62,617 nucleotides of DNA from Rhina ancylostomus (Eukaryota): contig JARFYF010000051.1 of assembly GCA_030265395.1 (NCBI GenBank), positions 35,250,079-35,312,695 on the forward strand, in the 5' to 3' direction. The notes beneath the pieces are model-generated. The model was not told where the DNA came from. It made no database searches and saw nothing but the letters and a program-made list of their open reading frames with translations. This document shows positions 24,577 to 36,874 of this stretch, piece by piece; within the stretch, counting starts at the first letter, position 1; each line of letters begins with the position of its first letter. The position numbers and the translations under genes were made by a program.

Positions 24577-26017
24577 GTAAGTGCTGAGGCAAGACGGCAG
24601 CCNNNNNNNNNNNNNNNNNNNNNNNNNNNNNNNNNNNNNNNNNNNNNNNNNNNNNNNNNNNNNNNNNNNNNNNNNNNNNNNNNNNNNNNNNNNNNNNNNN
24701 NNNNNNNNNNNNNNNNNNNNNNNNNNNNNNNNNNNNNNNNNNNNNNNNNNNNNNNNNNNNNNNAAGTTCCCCTTTATACCATAAGGTACAAATTCACCTT
24801 TGTTAGTGCCAGAGTGAAAGATATTGAAAGCCCTAAAAATAGTTGAGAGGAAAGTCTTTGGATTGTCAGTAATCCAAACTTTCATTTGTGGCCATGAAAG
24901 GGTCAGTGACGTGTTTTGTTTTGACTTGAGCAAATCATAGATTTTAATGAAGCTGAATTGAAATATTTAGAGCGTTGAGAGTACAAATCTGCATCCATGT
25001 GCAATGATTTTCAGATTTCCTTAGGGGAGGTCAATTACAAGTAACTGTAAAATTAGATTACATGCCAGAAGGTTTAGAATTGTTCAAATATTCTTTCTAA
25101 CAAGAAAACAAGTATTTTCTTCTCAACAGTGTTAACATAGTACCTTTCGCATGGTGAAATGACTCTCAGCGCTTTCAGAAGATTGTACAGCTGGTAGGTT
25201 TGAGATATGGGCAATCTCGATCTATAGCTGCCTTGTGGGGGAATGGGATTGGCTTGATGGATCAATTGGAGTAGTTCCATTCGTGCTTGTAAATGTTCCC
25301 TTTTATTGACCTTATACCTTAAAATAACATCCTGGATTTACCTTTCCCACCTCAAACAATTCTGTAAGGTCAGTTAATGGGCACACATTGCCTAGAATGT
25401 GGATTTATCCTCTTTTTTTGATGCACTACACAATGCACAGCACATCATGGTCCAAACCAGGACTTGTGTCTTTCCATCTGGAAGCTACCTAAAGTGTTTG
25501 CAGCTGCGTTAACCACAGGGAAGTGAGTCAGAATTAAAGAATTCTCTTCAGGGCAGCATCCAAAAGGGATGCCATAGAAGTGAGGGGGAAAAGATATGGA
25601 GGAAGGAGAGGAGATGGTGCGCTGCTCTGTGTAGGGCCAGGGTTAGACTCCAGGAGGTGATTGTCAACCCTGATCAGCTCCTGTGTCATGACTGGTCTCA
25701 AACTGATCAGGGCCCACCAATCACATCATGCAGCTTACAGCTGATTGCATAAAGGGGTGACAATCAATGAAGCGAGCAATACTTATGCTGACCATTGAAA
25801 ACTGAGGCTCGGGTGCTGTTCAAGACATTGATGTCACAGTTCAGACCTTTCGATTGCCATCTTTTTCCTGATCCCTCTGCAATGTGCAATGAGCCCTGAT
25901 ACAGGATCTCTACCCGAAATGTTAACAGTTCCTTCCCCCNNNNNNNNNNNNNNNNNNNNNNNNNNNNNNNNNNNNNNNNNNNNNNNNNNNNNNNNNNNNN
26001 NNNNNNNNNNNNNNNNN

Positions 26018-26175
26018 CTGCACTTTCTCTGTAGCTGTGACACTTTACTCTGCATTCTGTATTGTTTTACCCTGTACTACCTCAATGCACTGTGGAATGA
26101 ATTGATCTGTATGAACAGTAGGCAAGACAAGTTTTTCACTGTACCTTGGTACACGTGACAATAATAATAAACCAA
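26018..26175 (+). mobile_element. Rex1/Babar-type LINE 3' UTR
   Basis: Reverse-complement match to 26515-26650, which continues into Rex1-like coding sequence; ends gtacacgtgacaataataataaacc. Confidence 0.8.
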
Positions 26176-26199
26176 AAAACCTCTCCCATTGTTGGGAGA

Positions 26200-26392
26200 A
26201 AAAAAGGTCAAGAGCAGCAGATGGTGTACACGGCAACAGCAGCACCCCACGAATCGCGGTTTGCTGACTAGTTCCATCCCTGGGCCTGAATCCTGGAACT
26301 CAGGACCCAACACCACTGTGGGAGTTTCTTCACCAGAACTACTGCAGCAGTTTGGGGGCACGACTCCCCATCACTAACCCCCAGGGCAATTG
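26200..26392 (+). mobile_element. 3' end of CR1/L2-group LINE (family of 57620-58636)
   Basis: aatcctggaactcaggacccaacaccactgtgggagtttcttcaccagaactactgcagcagttt...cagggcaatt matches the reverse complement of 57665-57780. Confidence 0.65.
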
Positions 26393-26514
26393 TAAGAAGG
26401 TGGACACAGCCAGACATAAGAATGACCTGAATCAAAATGTTTCCCCACCACAGCTTCTATCCCATTGTTCTTAGACTTTTGGACAGACCTCTGTATGTTA
26501 AAGATGACCTCTTA

Positions 26515-26905
26515 TTGGTATTGGTTTATTATTGACCTTCTCTTGCATACTTTTCATACAGATTAATTCATTACACAGTGCATTGAGGCAGTACAGGGTA
26601 AGAATAATAACAGAATACAGAGTAAAGTGTTATAGCTGCAGGGAAGTACATTTCAGGTAGACAATAAGGTGCAAGGTCATAAGGTATATTGTGAGGTCCA
26701 GAGTCCATCTCATTGTATAAAGTCTATGCCATTCAATAGTCTTGTCACAGTGGGACAGAAGCTGTCCTTGAGCCTGCTGGTATGTGCCCTTGGGCTCTTG
26801 TATCTTTTGCCTGATGGGAGAGGAGAGAAGAGAGAATGACCCGAGTGGGTGGGGTCTTTGATTATGCTGGCTGCTTCACCAAGGCAGTGAGAAGTAAAGA
26901 CAGTA
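26515..26905 (-). mobile_element. Rex1/Babar-type LINE, ORF C-terminus and 3' UTR
   Basis: Minus-strand translation of 26731-26850: THSGHSLFSPLPSGKRYKSPRAHTSRLKDSFCPTVTRLLN, matching the Rex1-type HP.H.LF..LPSG.RY...SF.P...RLLN motif. Confidence 0.85.
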
Positions 26906-27837
26906 ACATCTTTTAGGGATAGAAAGCTGATGTTGTTTCAGAAGCCTTTACTCCAGCCTGATTGCATCTCAGCTGCTCTCTGTAGTAGTTTAGCAAGTTA
27001 CACAGTTAGATGAAACTTTCTCAAAGCAACTAAGTGTGGTTGGTAAACATTAGGTCACTGGTGATTCTGTGACACCAACATAAAAAGTATAGTTATCAGC
27101 TTTATTTTAGCTACAGATTCCCATCCTCTACTGTTGTTTTGCCAGTAGCATGTTGGGCTTTTTTTTATCACATGGGCCATAAAGTACAACATCAAAGAGG
27201 TTTGAAAAATCTGTGCAAAGCATTGACTAGGCGGTAATGAAAGGAATTGCAAAAGTGCACCTGTGCATTGATCCAAGGCTATTTAATAATGGCCTCAGAT
27301 GTAATCACTACCCACTTTGATGTTGTTCCGACTGAACTAATAAAAGCAATTTTATTCACTATTGTCCAATACAATGATTGTGTTTTGGCTTGTTGTATTG
27401 GGGGGGAGAGAGAATTTGACTGACCATCTTTGTCAGTGCTAGTTGGAAAACACTTGTCTTTCAGTATCTCTATTAGCTCTTTAGGGAAGACATCTGCCTT
27501 AGAAAGGAAAGAAATTGTTGACCAGAGACATCTGTATCGATAATGTAGATGGATGAGATTCCCATTATAACTGAGAGCCTTGTTGATGTCGTGCCAGCAG
27601 AAGGCAATCAAAGGGAACAAAGATAAAATGAAGTCTTGCAATAAAACAGAAGCTGCTAAAAATTGTAATAGTGGCTAATACATATTCTTGCATTGACAAG
27701 CAAGATATCCAGTGCAAAGTGTCTACATCAGTTCACTTGAATGTTACCAATGGCTCCCTTTTCTGAAAAATAGGAATTAACTTTACTCACTTGGATGAGG
27801 TCAAGGTGACCACCCCTCCAACAATACTGTTGAAAGT

Positions 27838-28136
27838 TCTTCAGCACAGAAACAGACCCTTTGGCCAACAGAGTCCATCAATCATCTATTTGCACTCATC
27901 CTACACTAATGCTGATTTATTCTCCTCATTCTCATCAACTCCTCCCATATTCAACCACTCACCCACGCACTATGGGGAATTTGCAATGACCAATTTATCT
28001 ACCAACCCACACGTCTCTCAAATGTGGGAGGAAACCGGAGCACCTAGGGGAAACTCGTGCAGTCACAGGGAGCATGTCTAAACTCCACACAGACAGCTCC
28101 AGGGGTCGGGATCAAACCTGAGTTTCTGCGGCTGTA
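27838..28136 (-). mobile_element. HE1/V-SINE-type SINE, tail type A
   Basis: atgtgggaggaaaccggagcacc...aaactccacacagacagc; tail cagcacagaaacagaccctttggcc. Confidence 0.9.
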
Positions 28137-29419
28137 TTAGCTGAGTACTGAAGGTTAATTAGCATTCACTTGTACAGCATAGATCTGAAAGAAGACCCAG
28201 AACGTGAAACTTCAGATTAAAGTGAAACTCTTGCTCCTTGATTTAGATTTGGAGAAGTTTGAGCATTGTGCCTGTAGAAAGAAACATTGTGCAGAAAACA
28301 AGCACAAACTGCTTCCCGCAACTTTAATATTAGTTACCTAGTGTCCCCAAAAGACTACAGTGAAGGTAAGGATTTAAAAATAACAACTTTGATGCCTGCA
28401 TGGGAGCGAAGAAGACATTTCCTGCTGAGATACCAATCAGAATGTATTTACCCACAAGACCTGCAAGGCTGGTAGTGAGGTAGTCAATTGATCCATTTTG
28501 TATGTAGAAATCAAAAATAGTCAGAATGGTGTTGGATTCATTTCCCAGGACAACAGAGAGCAAGTGTGAAAATTTAGGGAGTCTTTTCAAGCAGTGGCAA
28601 ATGCTGGTGTGTGTATGCACATGTTCATCAGTGTCTATGTTAGTGTATGATTGTGTCAGTGTGTGTTATGTATGCATATCTATTAATGTGTATCTGCAGA
28701 TGTGCAAAGATATTTCTTACTATTTGAAGTTTCATTGGTACCCAGGAGGAAGGGCAGTTTATTTTAATGATGCTTTATCAGGCTGCATTTATCAGCTGCA
28801 GATTTGACCATTTTCCGGTGCACTTGGTGTGGGAGATGCTATGAATGCCTTAGAAATCCATCCTCCCTGGTCGGGGCTGGGTTCTCATGCTGTCTGTGTG
28901 GATCAAGCGAGGAAAAAACTGGCCACAGTTCACTTAATTTTATCATTGGTAATGGGGGACTCTGTAAACAACAAGGGACCTGAAGGTATTTGTGAATCAC
29001 CACACTTGTTAGTACAAACAAAGGTTCAGATAGGCAACCCCCAAGCTTATTATTTGCTTGCATTGAACCATTGATTATAAATGCAAACTGTCCTTGGAGG
29101 CTTTGTGACAGATCCCTTAGTTTTTGATAGTTTAGTGCTCTGTTTAAGACTACAGATTATAATTTTGTTCTTAAGTGGTTTTAATGCATGTGTCATAGAC
29201 TCACTTCAACCCCTGGCCCCTCGGTACAATATTTGTAAGTGGAGATCAAACACTATTTATATAACAGACCACTGCACAGATTAGTATTCTGCATATTGCA
29301 TTTCATACAGCTGAGTCTTTTGTTATTTTTCTCCCTGTTGTTTTATCTCTTGTTCCTCAGATTATTTTTCCCCACTGTGCTACATGCACACAGGTACAAT
29401 CTTTTTCCTTCACCGTTGG

Positions 29420-29960
29420 ACTGATATACCTGTCTAAATACCTTTTTAAATGTTGTAGTTTTACCTTCCTCTACCACCTCTGGCAGCTCACTCCAGATAA
29501 CCACCACCTTCAGAGCGATAAACCTGTCCCTCAGATCTCCTTTAAATTTCTCCACTCTCACCTTAAACCTGTTTTCAGCTCCTCTGCCCTGGGAAAAAGA
29601 TTCTGATATCTTTCTTCGCCATGCCTCTCATAATTTTGTAAATCTCTGTAAGGTCACCCCTCAGTTTCCAGTATTCCAGTGAGAATAAACCCAGCCTATC
29701 CAATCTCTCTTTACACTTACAATCCTCTATTCCAGGCAATGTTCTGGTGAGTTTCTTCTGCACTCTCTATTGCTTCCACATCCCTACTGGTGACCGGAAC
29801 TGCGCACACTACTTGAAATGATGTCTAACCAATGTTTTGTACAGCTGCAACATAATGTGCCACCTCTTGTACTCAGTGCCTCTGCCTATGAAGGCAAGCA
29901 CACCAAATGCCGCCTTCACTACCCTACCCACTATCAATTTCAACAAGCTATGAACTTGCA
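29420..29960 (-). mobile_element. CR1 LINE 3' coding part
   Basis: ORF 29575..29763 ERLDRLGLFSLEYWKLRGDLTEIYKIMRG; ORF 29343..29561 VVVIWSELPEVVEE. Confidence 0.9.
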
Positions 29961-30034
29961 TGTACAACTATCTGGAGTTTTTGATTTTTACAGATAAATT
30001 AGAATCTTGAGTGGGATGGATAAAGCTCCTGATT

Positions 30035-30220
30035 TTACTGGAAATAAAAACAAAACTGCAAATGCTGGAAACACTCAGCTGGTCAGACAGCATCTGCGGA
30101 AAGAGAAACAGTTATTGTTTCAGGTATGGGATTCTTCATCAGAGCTGGGAACGAGAGAAACAAGTGCAGCTAGCAGAGAAGGTTGGGAAGGGGGATGGAT
30201 GGGACAAAGGAATTTCTCTG
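30035..30220 (-). mobile_element. Penelope-associated terminal repeat with hammerhead-like core
   Basis: Minus strand reads CTGATGA(30142-30136)agaatcccatacctGAAAC(30121-30117)aataactgtttctctttccgcagatgctgtctgaccagctgagtgtttccagcatt; homologous to 33800-33925. Confidence 0.75.
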
Positions 30221-30724
30221 ATAGGGTGAGACTGAATGACCCAATGTGGCAGTTAAGTTGAGGTAAGGTCAGAATTAGCTGCTTTGTCTGTGTGATATAT
30301 CATTGGGATGTTGCCTTACCCTTCCTATGTTTAAAAGTTCTGTTGTATGTGTTGCTGGTTATGTTAAAATGATCATAAACAAAGAATGATGCAGCACATG
30401 GAAAGAGGATCCACACAAAGGCAAGACTTCTGTTATGTTGTTCCTTTCTGAGTTCAGGGCATTGCTTTTGCTGTGTACAATTGAAATGTCTGCAATCACT
30501 ATGATAACATAGGAAACACAGTAGCCAAACCTGCACACGCCAAGCTCCCACTGACAGCAATGTGATCATAATTATGGCAGCATCACAGAAGCATTCAGCA
30601 TGGAAGGTGGCCACTGAAACCACATGAAAGAAGTGATAGCATTTTGTGTTTCTGAACCAAAGGCAAATTGACTTTTGGAAGCTTTACAACAAGCTTGATT
30701 AATTGCAGGTGCCTACAAACGTGC

Positions 30725-31100
30725 GATTAGGAGCAAGAGTATCCAGCTCGTCCCCTCAAGCCTTCTCCAGCTTTCATGGCTGATCTTACTGAAACTTTTC
30801 CCATTTCTGCCTACCCCAAATGACATTTCACCTCCACCCCCAGCTTATCAAGAATCTACAGTATATGCTTCTGCATTAAAAGTATTCAAAGACTGCTTCC
30901 ATTGCACTTTGCAGAAGAGAATGACTCTCTGAGTGAAAAGGAATTGCCTAATCTCTTAAATATCTCCTAAATAGCTGATCCTATATTTTAGATGGTGATT
31001 CCTGGTTCTAAATTGTCCCACATGAGGAAATATCCTTACCACATCCACCCTGTCAAGACCCTTCAAGATCCTATATGTTTCAATCAAATCCTCTCTCACT
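30725..31100 (-). mobile_element. Old CR1 3' fragment
   Basis: aggagcaagagta...cccctcaagccttctcc...catggctgatc; acatccaccctgtcaagacccttcaagatcctatatgtttcaatcaaatc. Confidence 0.65.
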
Positions 31101-32619
31101 GTTGGTTACCAAGCACTTTAAGATTAAAGATTATAATTGACCATTGTTTTTCCACAATGCTTCCTGAAGCAGAGAGTGCTAAGGTAGTTAATGTTCATTT
31201 ATTGCTTTGAGCAAAAGTGAGGAGATAATCTCCCGTCTGAGATATTGGGTAACATGACAGCACACAGTTCAAGGGTGATGGAGAATCATTGCTTGATAGG
31301 GAGAGGGTGACAGGATTAACAGTGGTAGAACAACTGCCTCCCGGTCAAGTGTGGGTGACACCAACATTGATATAGGGTAATGCCAAACAACACACACATC
31401 AGCATAAATTATTGGCACTGGAATTTTAAAACTGCAATGAAACTAATCAGAATTCATAACATTTTAATGATTTGGCATTTTCCAGATGCCTAATCAATGT
31501 ATGTCCAGTTTCAAAATGTGCAAGTTTTAAATTTGCTGCCTATTTCCTTGTGAACTGAGGAAGACAGTTCAGAAAGGATTCAACACTCACATCAATGCCA
31601 TGGGAGCAATGGCCTCAGTTGTGTTTAAAGGGCAAGTTCTGGACAGAGGGCAAGTTTTGAACATAGAACAGTCCACAGCTTGTACTAGATTACCAGGTCA
31701 GTTAAGGAATGAGTTGCGTGATCTGTTGAGAAGTGAAAGCTACAATGATCAGTACTCTTATAAGGATAAAATTAGAAGCTTGGAAGAATTTTTCATTAAA
31801 TCCACCTTGTGTTGTACAGCAAATATGTACTACCTCATCTCAAGGACCACAGCTGTTCAAATATGCAACTGATCGCCACCTTCATGGAGATCTGCAGAGA
31901 TGGACATAAAATGTTGGCCCTGCCTAGGTCACCAACAAACAATGGGGAATAAAAAAATGAAAAAATAGGAAAGGGTATACCCATCAAAACTTGTCTGCAT
32001 TATGGTACCTTCAGGCTCAGGCTCTCTAAAGATCCCTTTCCATTTCTCAGCTAAATTACCTCTTAACATCTGCAAATGTGAAATCAGTTTCTATAACTGG
32101 TGGCCTCCCCACCACTGCTCTGACATCATGGTGGACACCATGTCATAGAAGAAACAGAATGTCCTTTAACTCAGCATTAATGTCCATCTCATCCATGTTT
32201 ATTTTCTTTAGACTACATAAATGAAGTTCATGAGGTATGATGTATAATCCTTTGAAATGGCGACTATCGATACAACTCAGCAGGCGTTAGCTCTGGAATT
32301 GTGGCTTCTGTAGTTCCTGGAGTTCACATTTGCTTCCCACTTATTTGATTTTCCATATCCTATTCATTTGATTCAGTTTCCCACTTTCTCACTTTGTGTA
32401 ATCTTCACTTGGTTCAAAATTTGCCTTTAGATATGTGCTCACTATTCATGACAATGTGAAATTATGCCCACAATCACCTCAACAAGTGATTGATTTAGTT
32501 TCTTGTGAGACTTTTTTCCCCTCATTGTGCAGCTCTCCCTGTATTATTTCAATGCCCTGTTGCTGTTACAAGATTTTTTTTTTGGACTGCCTGTAGCAAC
32601 AACACTCAGTGAAGCTCAG

Positions 32620-33250
32620 AGTTCATACTGAACTATATATGATTCTGAGGGGGCTTGGTAAGGTAGATACGGAGATGATGTATCCTCATCTTGATATGGG
32701 ACAGTTTCAACAATAGGTGCCATCTATATAAGATGGATATAAAGAGGAATTTCCTTTTACGAGGTTACCAGGCCCAGCAACCTGGGTTCAATCCTGACCT
32801 CTGGTGTTGTCTAGTGTGGAGTTTCCATGTTATTCCCTGTAACTGCATGGGTTTCCCTAGGTGCTCCAGTTTCCTCCCACATTCCCAAAGGCGTGCTGGT
32901 TGGTAGGTTATTTGCCCACTGGAAATTACCCCTAATGTGGGTGGGTGGTTGGAGAATTGGGGGGGAGTTGACAAGCTTGTGAGTGAGGAGGGGATGCAAG
33001 GAAATGAGTGGGAGAATGAGATTGATTGGAATGCTCACAGAGCTGGCATAGCGACAATGGGATGAAAGGCCTTGTTTTGTATTGTAAGAAAATATGAGAG
33101 GGCCATGAATCTTTGGAATTTTCTACTTCAGGCTGAGTCATTGAATATATTCAGGTAAATCTTTAGCCAACAGGGGCAGGAAGGGGTAGTGGGAAATGGG
33201 CAGGAAAGTGGAGCTCATATCAGCTATCATCACACTAAATGGTTCAAAGG
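32620..33250 (+). mobile_element. CR1 3' fragment interrupted by a SINE
   Basis: ctgaactatatatgattctgagggggcttggtaaggtagat...gaggaatttcc, resuming after the SINE with atgaatctttggaattttctac. Confidence 0.7.
32768..33096 (+). mobile_element. HE1/V-SINE-type SINE, tail type B, nested in CR1
   Basis: gggttcaatcctgacctctgg B-box; gggtttccctaggtgctccagtttcctcccacattcccaaag core; gagctggcatag tail. Confidence 0.9.
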
Positions 33251-33261
33251 GTTCTGCACTT

Positions 33262-33930
33262 TACTCCTCCCTCAACAGGGACCCAAACAACCCTTCCAGG
33301 CGAGGCAGAAGTTCGCCTGCACCTCTTTCAACCTGGTCAATTGCATTCAGTGCTTGCGATGTCACCTCCTCTACATTGGTGTAATGAAGCACGGGCTGGA
33401 TGATCATTTTTCAGAGCATCTGCACTTTGTCCCCAATGGCCATCTTGAGCTTCTCACTTCCACACCGACCTGCCTGTCCTCAGCCTTTTCCATTGCTACA
33501 GGGACACCAACTGCAATTTGGAAGAACAACATCTCATATTCCACTCGGGGAGCTTACAAGCCAATGGTAAGAAGATTGAATTTTCCAATTTCAGGTAACC
33601 CACACACTTTTGGTGCTCTCCTCCCACACACTGTTCACCTCATTTTCTTCTCCCTTTGTTCATTGCTCACATCCCAACTCCTCACTTGGTTATATCTGCC
33701 CATCATCTCCTCCCCATCTGGTTTCTCCTATCACTTACCAACTTCCATCCCTCTCCCTCTCGTACTGCCGTCTACTGCCAATCTTTCATGTTCCTTCTCA
33801 GTGCTGATGCGGGGTCTTGACCCAAAATGTTGACCTTCCCCTTTTGCTTCAACCGATACTGCTTGACTCACTGAGTTATTCCAGCCATCTGCTTTTAGCT
33901 TCCAGCATCTGCAGTCTCTTTTGCCTTTTT
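33262..33930 (+). mobile_element. Penelope-like element: degenerate GIY-YIG endonuclease C-terminus plus terminal repeat
   Basis: GPKQPFQARQKFACTSFNLVNCIQCLRCHLLYIGVMKHGLDDHFSEH (VY..C..C..YIG motif), then in another frame LEEQHLIFHSGSLQANGKKIEF, then the repeat starting ctgatgc at 33804. Confidence 0.9.
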
Positions 33931-35302
33931 CCTGCTCCCAATTCTTAGGTTTCTTCAGACAGATTGGATATGATTGGGTGATTCCATTATCAGTCAAACT
34001 TGTCAGTCTGCTGTAATTGATTGCGATTGAATTGAATCATGTAATTTATCTATCTCCTGCTCCATGCGTCTCTTGTAAAAGGACCTTGCCGAAAGTGGGA
34101 GAAGTTCCTGATGCTGCTTTCACACATTGTTTCCTCTGCTCCTTTAATAGACTTGTTGCCTGAGTAAATTGCTATTGTAATCAACTTTTTGCTGTAAATC
34201 CAGACATTCACCATGGTCCCACCCTCCCATCTGATTTATTCACTAACACAGATTTGTAAATAGGTTCTCCGCATATTTGACTTTGCGAAAAGTCTCTATT
34301 TCTGAATGAGAAAGCACCTTGTGTCAGCCACAGACTACTGTAAGGCACCAAGAACCTGGCATCACTTCACTGTCAACATTGGATGTACTACCAACAAACT
34401 GCTGTTGGGTTGTGGGCATACGGACAGGTCAGGGCAAGTCACTTCTTGTCACCGACTGAAAACACTGGCTGTTTTAAAGCTGATCGATACTTGTCACTGG
34501 AATTCAAGGTTGCAAACTCTTTGGGATTAAAGATTAATTTCCCAGACACTGTGGGAAACCCTTTCTTTTAGCAAATATTACACCATTGGATATCAATGAG
34601 GGAAAGGCCATTTGATGGTAAGGTTGGAGGAGACAGGCCTCCTTCTGAAAGATCCAGGAACACCCCTCCCACAATTTGCAGCCCTTGTGGCATTGAGTCC
34701 ACCATCTTGGATATGCCTTGGCAACATTGATCTGTTGGAAGCTCCTGTGGAGCTCAGACAAGAGTCTTGGAAAGATCAGTGCAGCTTTAGAGTCAGTGAG
34801 CGCCCATTTTATTCCTACAGCTGTTAAATGTATCCACCATTACAAATGCAAGCAGTTCGGATAGACGGATTCAAAACCTTTCCAGCATCTGTGGTATTTT
34901 GCCTTTGTGTTAACATCATAGTTGCAGCACTTGTTTTGCTGAGTATATGTATTGGCTTTTTATTTATTTGGGTATGGGCAAATTAACAGATTAATCACAG
35001 ATGTTGTGGTTGCAATTTAGCTTACATTTACTCTGCCTTGCGATAATCTAATTCAATACTCGAAAGTGGCATTTCTATGTGAGATTCGCTGGTCGGTGTA
35101 AATATGTGCAGCAATCATTCTCTGGAGAGCTTCACTTACCTCTTCACAGCATTTAGGGCCATTTGCGTCAAACTGGTTTAAACCAAACTGCACCGTTTAA
35201 ATGTCGCTCTGAGTCACTGCAACTTTTCCCCAAGGTATTTTGACATTTTGTTGCTGGAATATCAAATGGAGTATCTCATTTTTAAGGAGTTTAAAAGAGA
35301 GG

Positions 35303-35670
35303 TTAGCATTTACATAGCACCTTTTCTGACCATAGGACATCTCAAAAGCAAGGTAGCCAATGAATTACCATAGATGTGAAATCATGGTTCAAATAGGGAA
35401 GTAAGGCAGTCAATTTTACAACATTGACAGTAACCAGGTAAACTGTGTTTAATGATGTTGGTTGAGGGGTGGTTGGTGATTGGTCAATTGGCAGGAAAGG
35501 ATCAATCCCATGATCTTTCTCAAAATAGGTCTTTGATGTATTTTCTATCCACCAGAGAGGAAAGATGAGGTATCTGACTTGAAAGTGAGCACCTCCAACC
35601 GTGTAGCAGTCCTTTTATACTGCACTTGAATATCAGTCAAGATTTTGTTTCCAGTTCTTCAGAATTGGAC
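35303..35670 (-). mobile_element. Ancient Deu-domain SINE (SacSINE/AmnSINE-like)
   Basis: gcatttacatagcacctttt tail; tgatgttggttgaggg; gaaagtgagcacctccaaccgtgtagcagtccttttatactgcact. Confidence 0.7.
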
Positions 35671-35769
35671 ATAAATGCAGAGCTGCACTCAGCTGGGCAA
35701 GTAGAAAGTATTCCATCTTGCTGGTGACTAGTGGTTAGTGGAAAGTGAAAAGGGCTCGTTTGTGAGGAG

Positions 35770-35870
35770 GAGTCATAGAGTTGTATGGCACAGAAACAGG
35801 ACCTTCGGCCCAACACATCCATGCCGACATTTTTGCCCATCGACACTCATCCCATATACCTGCATTAGGA
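35770..35870 (-). mobile_element. CR1/HER1 3' tail
   Basis: gagtcatagagttgtatggcacagaaacaggaccttcggccc. Confidence 0.85.
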
Positions 35871-35874
35871 GAGT

Positions 35875-36600
35875 GACTATCCGCAGGTTGTCCTGCCTCC
35901 GACCTGCCTCTGTAGCCATGATATTATGTGGCTGATTCAGCTGAGTGGTATGATCAGTGGTGACTCTTCAGGAGAAATGTTTAAAAGGCATTTGGATAGT
36001 TAGATAGGAAAGGAGTAGAAGGATACGACAAATGGGCTAGATTGACATCGCAATCAGCCTGGACGAGTTGGACCAAAGGGCCCGTTTCTGTGCAGTACAA
36101 CTCTGTGACTCTATTCATGGTGGGGGGAGTGCTCAGTGACGGTAATCCCAATGAATAACCTAGGCTAGGTGATTAGACTCTGTTGTTGGAGAGATGGTCA
36201 TTGCCTGGTACATTTGTGGCATGAATATTTTCTTTTAGATTCTGCTGCATGCAGGCATGGACTTACTTCATTTGCTGAGGAGTTCCAGATGGGACTGTAG
36301 TGTGCAATCATCTGTGAACATCCCCACTTCTGACCTAATGATGGAAGGAAGGACGTTGGTGAAACAGTGAACTCCTGTGTTGATATTCTGGGGCTGAGAT
36401 AATTGATCTTCAACAAGCAAAACCATCTTTTTTTTGTCATGGTATGGCTCCAGTCATTGGAGTCATTCCCCCTTCATGTATCTTAACATAATTTTATAAG
36501 GGCACCTTGATGCCACACTTCCAACTGCTGCCTGAATGTCAAGGGTAATAACTGCCATTCTGGAATATAGGTCCTTTGTTGTGTTCAGGTCTTGAGTTAG
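35875..36600 (-). mobile_element. CR1/L2-group LINE RT fragment with a nested + strand CR1 tail (35975-36115)
   Basis: tgtgcaatcatctgtgaacatccccacttctgacc (F.DDCT region) matches 58483-58520; ccttgatgccacac (VWHQG). Confidence 0.75.
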
Positions 36601-36721
36601 TGGTCCTGGCAAGTGTGACACGGAGATCCTGTGGGTTTAGGGGCAATGCAGAGTGTGAGGGTGAATTAGGGAGGGGATGAGGGTGGGAGGCTGAGGAAGA
36701 GGGTAAAGGCAAGATTTTCTC

Positions 36722-36740
36722 TGTGTGTGTGTGTGTGTGT
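36722..36740. repeat. (TG)n microsatellite, about 9 units
   Basis: Directly visible. Confidence 0.95.
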
Positions 36741-36874
36741 CTAATGCAGTAGAACTGGCCCTCCACACATTTTGGACCTCATTGCCATCTGTGAGGTCTG
36801 TATGGTAACTTGTGTGGTAGAAGAGTAAATACTTCTTATAAAAGTGAAGAAAAATTATATATTCTATTCCCCGA

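Noticed and set aside
24466-24933. ORFs spanning N-runs (also at 6830-7253, 25834-26158, 40369-40659, 42699-43064, 60817-61173)
   Set aside because: Their length is inflated by unknown bases, and there is no recognisable protein.
33189-33833. 214-aa ORF as a host gene or novel nuclease
   Set aside because: Chimeric CR1/Penelope sequence with a frameshift and degraded GIY-YIG residues.
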